Shown here piece after piece: positions 1 through 6,607 of a stretch of DNA of 24,706 bases. The stretch is from a virus. Its lineage: Duplodnaviria > Caudoviricetes. The DNA lies in IMG/VR virus record IMGVR_UViG_3300011338_000533, positions 1-24,706 of that record. One strand, written 5' to 3'. Made by a program: the position numbers and the translations under genes. The notes under the pieces are model-generated. The model was not told the origin of the DNA. It was given only the letters and a program-made list of their open reading frames with translations, and did no database searches. How positions within the stretch are numbered: the stretch's first letter is position 1; every line of letters begins with the position of its first letter.

Positions 1-12
1 TATAGATGGTTA

Positions 13-504
13 CTATTCTTCACCTTCCATTTTAGCAACGCCTGTTGCTTTAAATGCTTTAACAGCATCAGTATTATCGTGAGCAATTTTCACGTCTTCA
101 ATAGTTCCAGTTGGATCATATGAAGTGAAGCGTAAGATTCTCTCACCGCCTAATGTTAATTCAACACCATCTTTACCAGCACGTTTAATGTACGGTCTGA
201 TTTGCGTTTCATAATCAACATTCTTATTGAAGCGTTCTTTGAATGAGTCTGGAACGTCAGACTCAAGGAATTCCTCAACGTATATCTTACCAGCAACGGT
301 AAGAGATTTATTCATTGCAATATATTTTTGCAATAACTCAACAGTAGCACGCATTAAAGTGCTACGTTTAGATTCGCGAATCCAACCGCGAGCATCAGTT
401 GTCAACTCTGTTGACGTTAATGTAATGTAACCGTAATCACTATTATTTTTGTAAACAGTGATTAATTGTCCTTCTTTAGAAGGTGTGATTTGAACGTTTC
501 TCAT
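13..504 (-). CDS. Putative crAss-like single-stranded DNA-binding protein
   Basis: ORF 13..543; likely start MRNVQ at 504. The C-terminal KRAGKDG...GGERILR...EDVKIAHDN segment resembles, from recall, the conserved putative SSB family of crAss-like phages. Confidence 0.45.
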   Translation of the reverse strand: MRNVQITPSKEGQLITVYKNNSDYGYITLTSTELTTDARGWIRESKRSTLMRATVELLQKYIAMNKSLTVAGKIYVEEFLESDVPDSFKERFNKNVDYETQIRPYIKRAGKDGVELTLGGERILRFTSYDPTGTIEDVKIAHDNTDAVKAFKATGVAKMEGEE

Positions 505-575
505 GATAAATGTATTTATGAGATTAATAAATGTTTGTCGCACATTGCAGGCAGCGACTCACTCCTATTTTATTT

Positions 576-591
576 GGGTGGTAGAAAGTAG
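576..591. promoter_or_regulatory. Repeated intergenic motif, copy 1 (GGGTGGTAGAAAGTAG)
   Basis: Matches copies at 1278 and 2015; intergenic, upstream of a minus-strand gene. Confidence 0.5.
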
Positions 592-605
592 TAACCAGTC
601 GCGAA

Positions 606-1220
606 TTAACGCGACCAGTTATGTAATCCACCAGCAAGACATTTAAAGTCTGACTTGCTTATGATCTTGATTGGTTCACTACCATCAACAGACCATCTTT
701 TGCAAGTTATGGTGATAGTATAATAATCACAACTAACAACCTCGTAGATACCTTGACGAGATTTGATGTGAATTTTATCACCTTTCTTCAGATTATATAC
801 TGAAGGACTGACACATTTGTCACACGCTTGTTGAGCAAGATGTTCTTGATATGCTTGATTAACAAGTTTCTCTTGACGTCTTGCTTTTGCAATGCGCTTA
901 CTATCAGATGATGCATAACCAATTCTATAAGTTGTATACTTAACAACTTTGTCAGAACCTATGCATTGTTTAATATGTTTACCATAATGGCTATTCCATA
1001 TTAATTTATACTGATGATTTTCATATTTGTAGAAGTCTGCTCTACATAGATCATAATCAGTAGGATCAAAACCATCTTGAATATCACCAGGATTAAATGG
1101 TTTATACATTGTGTAAGTTTTGTCGCTATTTATAACGACTACTTTACCATCAATAAGAGTTGGCAATACATGCAATTCACTCAAATTGGTTCTCGTAACA
1201 TCTTTACTTAAATGTTCCAT
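606..1220 (-). CDS. Hypothetical protein (204 aa)
   Basis: Long ORF co-oriented with its neighbours; no recognised motif. Confidence 0.7.
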   Translation of the reverse strand: MEHLSKDVTRTNLSELHVLPTLIDGKVVVINSDKTYTMYKPFNPGDIQDGFDPTDYDLCRADFYKYENHQYKLIWNSHYGKHIKQCIGSDKVVKYTTYRIGYASSDSKRIAKARRQEKLVNQAYQEHLAQQACDKCVSPSVYNLKKGDKIHIKSRQGIYEVVSCDYYTITITCKRWSVDGSEPIKIISKSDFKCLAGGLHNWSR

Positions 1221-1277
1221 AATGTTTGGTAGTTATACTCATACAAGAGTTTTTTAAAATTAATTATTGGTTATTAA

Positions 1278-1303
1278 GGGTGGTAGAATGTAACTTACCA
1301 CCC
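1278..1303. promoter_or_regulatory. Repeated motif, copy 2, forming a hairpin (GGGTGGTA-gaatgtaact-TACCACCC)
   Basis: Perfect 8-bp inverted repeat; its right arm overlaps the stop of ORF 1295..1501. Confidence 0.55.
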
Positions 1304-1501
1304 CTCTCTATTATCTTCCCACTTGTAAGTGTAGTACCAATGAAGTCCACTTGAGTACATCCCTGTGTACATATTAATAAGATTTTTATAATCTTCAACA
1401 AGTCTTTTATAGTACATTGGTTTACCAATTACTTCGTGTTCGATTATGTCATCGTAAGCACAATAACATATACTCCAGTCCATGTCTATTTTTACAATCA
1501 T
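1295..1501 (-). CDS. Hypothetical protein (68 aa, aromatic-rich)
   Basis: ORF packed tightly in the leftward gene run. Confidence 0.55.
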   Translation of the reverse strand: MIVKIDMDWSICYCAYDDIIEHEVIGKPMYYKRLVEDYKNLINMYTGMYSSGLHWYYTYKWEDNREGW

Positions 1502-1519
1502 GATTATAGAAGTTATTAG

Positions 1520-1978
1520 TTAGTGATTACGATATTTTTTAGTTGCTTTGGTAATTACTATTGATTTTATATGACTTATATCTAAAGTTCCACCGAAATA
1601 GTGAATATTAGATTCTATAGCAACTCTTGGTTCGTTTTCAATACTGTTATATAAGTAATGAAACTCAGTCGCATTATGTCTAATATCTTTACGACCATTA
1701 TAGTGAGATTCTTTATGAAATTCAATTTTAACGTTTACACCAAATGGTGCATCATTATGAGTTTCATCATAGAAGATCTCTTTTTCAACATTTAGTTTCT
1801 CAAATGTTTTACCTAATATTGTAACATTAGGATAGTCAACAGTTTTGTATTCAAACGATCCTTTATAGTTATGACCGCATCTGCAATTAACATCAGCAGT
1901 TATACCATTAGAACTGTAACTGTTGTAAGAGTGTCCTTTGCATTCAGGACATGTTAGGAATTTTAATTTTAAAGACAT
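1520..1978 (-). CDS. Hypothetical protein with N-terminal Zn-ribbon-like motif
   Basis: CPECK...CRCGH cysteine pairs at the N-terminus; 152 aa. Confidence 0.65.
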   Translation of the reverse strand: MSLKLKFLTCPECKGHSYNSYSSNGITADVNCRCGHNYKGSFEYKTVDYPNVTILGKTFEKLNVEKEIFYDETHNDAPFGVNVKIEFHKESHYNGRKDIRHNATEFHYLYNSIENEPRVAIESNIHYFGGTLDISHIKSIVITKATKKYRNH

Positions 1979-2013
1979 AAGATTTATTATTAGAGATTAT
2001 TAATTGAGTTAAA

Positions 2014-2039
2014 AGGGTGATGGAATGTAGCATCACCCT
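2014..2039. promoter_or_regulatory. Repeated motif, copy 3, forming a hairpin (AGGGTGATG-gaatgtag-CATCACCCT); possible minus-strand terminator
   Basis: Perfect 9-bp inverted repeat; AAAA at 2011-2014 gives a short U-tract on the minus strand. Confidence 0.55.
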
Positions 2040-2049
2040 ATGATTATTA

Positions 2050-2289
2050 TTATAGACCAGGATAATCATCTTGATCCATGTAGTATTCATTTTCTATTTC
2101 AGTGACTTCATCTTCTATGAAGTTTTGAATGAAATGTGAATGATCATTGACTGAAGCAGGTTTAGCGTCAGCCAATAATGCTTCATAATGTTCAATGATA
2201 GTACGAACACTCGCATGAGATAGTACTGATCCATCATACAGATTAGTGAACTTACTAACTGTAGCATTCAGTGCATCTTGCTTAGTCAT
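2050..2289 (-). CDS. Hypothetical protein with acidic C-terminus
   Basis: ORF 2050..2334; likely start MTKQ at 2289, overlapping the end of the upstream gene (coupling). Confidence 0.6.
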   Translation of the reverse strand: MTKQDALNATVSKFTNLYDGSVLSHASVRTIIEHYEALLADAKPASVNDHSHFIQNFIEDEVTEIENEYYMDQDDYPGL

Positions 2290-2494
2290 GACGTTTAGAG
2301 TTAGAAGTTGCAAATAATAACACCAATGCTCCAAACACCATTAGATTGCTTGCAAGGAATGCAAACTTATAATCCTCGTGATAAGGATTAGATTCATGCC
2401 AACCACCAACTGGTGTGACAGCTATGGTAACTAACCATAATACAACTGATAGTAACAATACTATCTCTACAAAGTTTCTTCTCAAAGTTTTCAT
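2282..2494 (-). CDS. Small membrane protein (two predicted TM helices)
   Basis: Hydrophobic runs FVEIVLLLSVVLWLVTIAV and FAFLASNLMVFGALVLLFA. Confidence 0.65.
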   Translation of the reverse strand: MKTLRRNFVEIVLLLSVVLWLVTIAVTPVGGWHESNPYHEDYKFAFLASNLMVFGALVLLFATSNSKRHD

Positions 2495-2615
2495 GAGTTA
2501 AATATTTAAAGATTAATAAATTAATAAGTATTGAGCGTCTTATAGTCATTTAGAAATCATGGTTGTAGAGACCATGAGTTTTGGACTGTCAGGTTGTTAA
2601 CATAGTTAACAATGA

Positions 2616-2711
2616 TCACTCTTCCTTGCAGTAGTTACGGAAGTAAGCAAACGCTTCATTCCATGACATAGCAACAATAGAGTATCCCTGAATGAAATAG
2701 ATAGTTTTCAT
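2616..2711 (-). CDS. Small hypothetical protein, 31 aa (MKTIYFIQGYSIVAMSWNEAFAYFRNYCKEE); not in ORF track
   Basis: Read by hand: ATG at 2711, TGA at 2618-2616; first ORF of the leftward run after the G-rich island. Confidence 0.45.
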   Translation of the reverse strand: MKTIYFIQGYSIVAMSWNEAFAYFRNYCKEE

Positions 2712-2739
2712 AAGACACACAATTTATCCTGAATTCAAA

Positions 2740-2789
2740 GGGGGGTGGAGGGTAGTTGGCGAGATGCGGGGGAGTCGTTTGGTAGGGGG
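2740..2789 (+). other. G-tract island (G6, G3, G5, G5); potential G-quadruplex or cis-acting site
   Basis: G runs at 2740-2745, 2750-2752, 2768-2772 and 2785-2789 in otherwise AT-rich non-coding DNA. Confidence 0.5.
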
Positions 2790-2903
2790 TACCACCATTC
2801 TCACACACAATATATTTTGATTACCAGTTGCCAAAAATATTTACCAAATTTTGTTTTGCAGGCGATGATCACCGTTAACAGCAAACACTAACAAACGCGC
2901 AAC

Positions 2904-2931
2904 AAAAAACCCCAGCAGTTACGCCAGGGTT
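2904..2931 (-). terminator. Rho-independent terminator for the thioredoxin operon
   Basis: Minus strand reads AACCCTGGC-gtaact-GCTGGGGTT then TTTT; downstream of ORF 3021..3233. Confidence 0.65.
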
Positions 2932-3020
2932 ATATTGTATATTGCGATATGCAATATGTGATAATAAACCAGTAAGATTTATTGTTCAGTTTTTAGTTTA
3001 TTGTATTGCAAGACAAACTG

Positions 3021-3233
3021 TTATGATTTGTCTATTGCAAGTAAGATGTCTTTTTCTTCTGTTATTTCACATTCATAATGCCAACTTACATTTCCATCTG
3101 TGCTTAACTTTATAAGCATACCTCCATCAGCTGTTCCTTGAACACCTATTACCTGTCTTGGATCCTGTTCAATGTCTGTTTTGACATATACAATTTGTCC
3201 ATAATCGAATCTGCATCTTACTACTATTCCCAT
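3021..3233 (-). CDS. Hypothetical phage protein
   Basis: ORF 3021..3287; likely start MGIV at 3233, overlapping the upstream stop; FDYGQIVYVKTD suggests a small beta-barrel. Confidence 0.65.
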   Translation of the reverse strand: MGIVVRCRFDYGQIVYVKTDIEQDPRQVIGVQGTADGGMLIKLSTDGNVSWHYECEITEEKDILLAIDKS

Positions 3234-3493
3234 ATTTTTTGAATTAAAATTGATAAATACTCGCTGGTAAGTAATCCAAGTAAACATCCTGTACTTGCAC
3301 CGGCTGCATAAGCAACTCTGTCGCGAAATGTACCAAACACTACTTTTTTTACATTATAGGACCACACCATACTGATCATAAATGCAGAAATCCCTACACC
3401 TAAATATAGTGATTTACTCAGAAATACAGTATTAATTGCAACAAAAAATACTTGTAATAATCCTGTTCCGAATAGTTGTAAATTAGTTTTCAC
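3224..3493 (-). CDS. Small membrane protein (about three TM helices)
   Basis: Hydrophobic throughout, with a Gly-rich helix YAAGASTGCLLG; overlaps both neighbours. Confidence 0.7.
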   Translation of the reverse strand: MKTNLQLFGTGLLQVFFVAINTVFLSKSLYLGVGISAFMISMVWSYNVKKVVFGTFRDRVAYAAGASTGCLLGLLTSEYLSILIQKIWE

Positions 3494-3800
3494 CTTTTTC
3501 GATTATTGCGTTTACTACTTCCATTTTCATAATGTCTACGGTGTTGATTTCTTTTGAATCATTGATTTCTGTAAGTATATCCTCAAAAGTTTTTGGAGAG
3601 ATTACACCTACTGTTCTATGAATTTCTACATCGTTTTTTAGAAATACCAATGTAGGTACATTTCGTACTTTGTATTTTTGAGCCAATTCCATATTTTGCT
3701 CAATATCAATTTCTTGTACATTTTCTCTTTCTCCTAATGCTTGTGATAGCATTTTGCATGGTGCACACCAAGATGCGCTAAATTTAAGTACTGTTACCAT
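3483..3800 (-). CDS. trxA: Thioredoxin
   Basis: FSASWCAPCK active-site motif and VRNVPTLVFLK cis-Pro loop; 105 aa. Confidence 0.9.
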   Translation of the reverse strand: MVTVLKFSASWCAPCKMLSQALGERENVQEIDIEQNMELAQKYKVRNVPTLVFLKNDVEIHRTVGVISPKTFEDILTEINDSKEINTVDIMKMEVVNAIIEKGEN

Positions 3801-3824
3801 TGTTATTTTTGTTTTAAATTTTTA

Positions 3825-3872
3825 CAAATATAAAATAAATTTGTAAAAGTTAAACTTTTCTTTATATATTTG
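3825..3872. promoter_or_regulatory. Divergent Bacteroidota-type housekeeping promoters
   Basis: Plus strand: TTTG (3840-3843), 21-nt spacer, TATATTTG (3865-3872), matching the -33/-7 TTTG/TAnnTTTG consensus. Minus strand: TATATTTG at 3832-3825. Located at the strand switch. Confidence 0.65.
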
Positions 3873-3897
3873 TCATGTAATTAATAACTTAACAAAT

Positions 3898-4263
3898 ATG
3901 AACACAGAAACAAAAGCACCAGAACAACCTTCAAAGGAACAAATTATTGCTTGGTACAAAGAGCAAATTGAAATTGCAACTTTAAGACGTGACTTGTCTG
4001 CATTACAAGCAGAAATTGCTAAAAATGAAGCACAAAGAGTTCAAGCCACAGTCTTAATGGCACAGATGCAAAACCCTGCTTCTCAAAATCAAAATGAAGT
4101 TGAACACGAAGTGACTCAAGAAGATTTAGATGCAAATCCAGAGTTAGTAGAAAACGGAGTTAAGGTTGGTGACAAAATTTTGGTAAGTAATCCAAAATCG
4201 CAAGTTGCTCTTGAACAAACTGGAAAAGAAGACAACAAAGTTAGAACATTAAAAAAGGACTAA
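3898..4263 (+). CDS. Hypothetical protein: N-terminal coiled coil plus HEVTQEDLDANPELVENGVKVGD module
   Basis: First ORF after the promoter; 121 aa. Confidence 0.75.
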   Translation: MNTETKAPEQPSKEQIIAWYKEQIEIATLRRDLSALQAEIAKNEAQRVQATVLMAQMQNPASQNQNEVEHEVTQEDLDANPELVENGVKVGDKILVSNPKSQVALEQTGKEDNKVRTLKKD

Positions 4264-4264
4264 T

Positions 4265-4498
4265 ATGTTTGCTAAAAAACCAATTACAAGCAGTTCTCTT
4301 ATTGCAAAAAAAACAAGAATCTTAAATGTATTCACTGTAATGCAAGATGAGTTAAGACAGTTGCACGATGAGCAAAAAGAATACGCTGGTCAATTGCAAA
4401 ACAAGTTAAAAGAATTATCTGACGAACTTACAGCAGTAGAAAGTAGTAGAGCAGAAACAACTAAAACAATTAATAACATAGACAAAATTTTAAAGTAA
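4265..4498 (+). CDS. Small coiled-coil protein
   Basis: Heptad-like helix; stop overlaps the next start (TAATG). Confidence 0.7.
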   Translation: MFAKKPITSSSLIAKKTRILNVFTVMQDELRQLHDEQKEYAGQLQNKLKELSDELTAVESSRAETTKTINNIDKILK

Positions 4499-4746
4499 TG
4501 GCAGAAAACGAAGCAAGAGAATTAACTTTTGGAGAAAAGTTAGTAGGTTTAACTTTTAATCCTTCTGGAGATGAAAAAGTAAACAAGGTAAAAGAGTTGT
4601 GTGCTCAATTAACAGACATTCTTTACGATGATATTCCAGAAGATGGTGAAAGAACTTTTCTTCAAGATCAACTTTTTAACAAAGCAATCTTTGACATTTT
4701 AGATGCTCAAATGACATCTGTAAAACTATTAACACTTAAATATTAA
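4498..4746 (+). CDS. Candidate Acb2/Tad1-like helical-hairpin protein (possible anti-defence sponge)
   Basis: 82 aa with FGEKLVGLTFNPSGD...KELCAQL...AIFDILDAQMTSVK, recalled as similar to the Acb2/Tad1 hairpin family; not verified by search. Confidence 0.5.
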   Translation: MAENEARELTFGEKLVGLTFNPSGDEKVNKVKELCAQLTDILYDDIPEDGERTFLQDQLFNKAIFDILDAQMTSVKLLTLKY

Positions 4747-4748
4747 TT

Positions 4749-5036
4749 ATGGCAACATTTAAAAAATTACGCGGTAGAAGAATTCTACTTATCAAACCTG
4801 TAAAGAAAGAAAGCAGTATTCAAATTGATGCTCAAACAGAAGCAGCATTAGAAGCTGAAAACATGAAACAATGGACAACGCTTGAAGTATTTGCTGTTGG
4901 AGAAGATGTTGAAGAAGTAGTAGTAGGAGATAAAGTGTATGTTCCAACATATGGTTTACAACAGTCTGAAATTGTTGAAATTGATAAAAAACATTACATG
5001 ATGGTTAGCGAAGGAGACATTGCTATCATTTGGTAA
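4749..5036 (+). CDS. groES: Co-chaperonin GroES-like protein
   Basis: 95 aa with LRGRRILL N-terminal strand, EVFAVG...VVVGDKVY core and MVSEGDIAII end, typical of Cpn10. Confidence 0.8.
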   Translation: MATFKKLRGRRILLIKPVKKESSIQIDAQTEAALEAENMKQWTTLEVFAVGEDVEEVVVGDKVYVPTYGLQQSEIVEIDKKHYMMVSEGDIAIIW

Positions 5037-5153
5037 AAACTATATAAACACAAGTGAAATCCTGTCGCTATTGGGACACCCAGTAGTTCTGAGTCCGGTT
5101 AATACATAAGTGATGATAGGTACAGGTAGTATATAGTTAAAATTTAAAAAAAT

Positions 5154-5804
5154 ATGAGAGAGCCAAATAGATCAAGAAAAAATGACATTAAGTATAATGT
5201 TGCATTAAATGAAGAACAGAAACAAGCTAAACAGTTAATTATTGATTATCAGATTGTTATAATTACAGGTAGAGCAGGTTCTGGAAAATCATTAGTTGGT
5301 GCACAAACAGCACTTGATTTTTTAAATAAAAAACAATGTGATAAAATTTTGGTAACACGTTCTGCAATTGAAGTAGGAAGATCATTAGGATTTTTGCCAG
5401 GAAGTCTTGAAGATAAATTTAATCCTTATATGGAAGCGTTAATTGAGAATCTTTACAAATGTATGGATCCTGTAAAAATTGATGATTTTGTTAAAGATGG
5501 TAAAATAGACGCGCTTCCAGTTCAGTTTATTAGAGGTAAAACTATTGATGATATTTTAATTGTAGAAGAAGCTCAAAATCTTACTAAAGCAGAAATGTTA
5601 GCAATTCTTACAAGACTTGGTAAAACAGGTAAAATTGTAATTAATGGTGACAATGAACAACAAGATACTAAAGAAGCAATTTCAGGATTATCTTATGCAA
5701 TTGAATTATCAAAGAAAATTGAAGGAATCAAGTGGATTAAACTTAAAGAAAATCATCGATCTGATTTAGTAGGACAAATACTTGATTACGAGTATTCAAA
5801 ATAG
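5154..5804 (+). CDS. phoH: PhoH-family ATPase
   Basis: Walker A GRAGSGKS, LGFLPGSLEDK, FIRGKT, EEAQN, LTRLG, NGDNEQQD and HRS motifs. Confidence 0.95.
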   Translation: MREPNRSRKNDIKYNVALNEEQKQAKQLIIDYQIVIITGRAGSGKSLVGAQTALDFLNKKQCDKILVTRSAIEVGRSLGFLPGSLEDKFNPYMEALIENLYKCMDPVKIDDFVKDGKIDALPVQFIRGKTIDDILIVEEAQNLTKAEMLAILTRLGKTGKIVINGDNEQQDTKEAISGLSYAIELSKKIEGIKWIKLKENHRSDLVGQILDYEYSK

Positions 5805-5937
5805 AAAGACCTCTGCTGGTGCACCAGTAAGTATCGAAGACAGGAATTACAAACATTTTTTAATGTTGGCGTGGAGGTCCTCTAAATCGTAGGTTAGCAC
5901 AGTTAGTAGTTCTGGGGGTATTCAAAAACTACAATAG

Positions 5938-6010
5938 CGCGTGGTAGAGCAGGTGGTAGCTCGCGAGATTCATAATCTTGAGGTCGAAGGTTCAACTCCT
6001 TCCCACGCTA
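5938..6010 (+). tRNA. tRNA-Met(CAT), initiator-like
   Basis: Cloverleaf: acceptor CGCGTGG/CCACGCT (C1xU72 mismatch), D stem GAGC/GCTC, anticodon stem CGAGA/TCTTG with loop TTCATAA, T arm GAAGG-TTCAACT-CCTTC, discriminator A; CCA not encoded (CTA follows). Confidence 0.9.
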
Positions 6011-6025
6011 CTAAATATAAAAAGC

Positions 6026-6220
6026 ATGATGTTACAATTGGAACCAATGATACCTATAAAAAGAGTATCTGACAACATGGAAGGATATGCGTTTCTTGTA
6101 ATTGATTATAGCCAAGAACATGATTTACTATTTACGTGTGCAATGGATAATGGAGAAATTTGGACATTAAATAATAAAGAAATAAGATTTTGTAAAAACA
6201 TATCATTAGATAGAAAATAA
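6026..6220 (+). CDS. Small hypothetical phage protein (MMLQLEPMIP...IDYSQEHDLLF...GEIWT)
   Basis: Start ATG at 6026 (the 5978 extension overlaps the tRNA); fills the gap between tRNA and tmRNA. Confidence 0.75.
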   Translation: MMLQLEPMIPIKRVSDNMEGYAFLVIDYSQEHDLLFTCAMDNGEIWTLNNKEIRFCKNISLDRK

Positions 6221-6224
6221 TACT

Positions 6225-6541
6225 GGGGGTGACTGGTTTTGACAGGTCATTAGTAGGTAATACAATCAGCCAGAGAGATAACTGTAAACTAAGATGAATA
6301 TAATAAATGGCAATACTAATTTACGTGTAGTATCTCAAGGAGACAACGCACAAATCGAAGCTAACATGAACAAAGTATTCTCTTTATTGAGAGAAGAAGT
6401 TGCTGTAGCAGCCTAAATTAAAGATTTCTCTGTTAGATTAAACAGAGTGGTGGAGTCGTCAACTGAGTTGATTACCTAAAAGCTGTATAAATTGTATTAT
6501 TGATTATGGTTTGGACAGGGGTTCGAGTCCCCTCACCTCCA
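6225..6541 (+). ncRNA. ssrA: tmRNA, 317 nt; tag reading frame 6309-6416
   Basis: 5' GGGGGTGACTGGTTTTGAC. Acceptor GGGGGTG/CACCTCC-A with G3.U70. T arm AGGGG-TTCGAGT-CCCCT. Helix-2 pairs AATACAAT(6259-6266)/ATTGTATT(6491-6498) and CAGC/GCTG. Resume context ATAAAT-GGC; tag ends GCA GCC TAA. Confidence 0.93.
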
Positions 6542-6607
6542 CAAAATGTCCAGCATAATAGACATTTTTGCCTATTATGTACAGAATAACAAACATTAGA
6601 AGAAGAA

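Noticed and set aside
227-430. Plus-strand 67-aa ORF
   Set aside because: Antisense shadow of the SSB-like gene.
5978-6025. N-terminal extension of ORF 5978..6220
   Set aside because: It overlaps the tRNA; the ATG at 6026 is the plausible start.
6011-6025. tRNA-associated HDV-like (theta) ribozyme at the tRNA 3' end
   Set aside because: Only 15 AT-rich nt precede the next ORF, and no HDV-like fold could be traced.
6543-6579. Alternative hairpins after the tmRNA (AAAATGTC/GACATTTT vs CATAATAG/CTATTATG) as a switch
   Set aside because: AT-rich 8-bp stems, too weak to call; at most a weak terminator.
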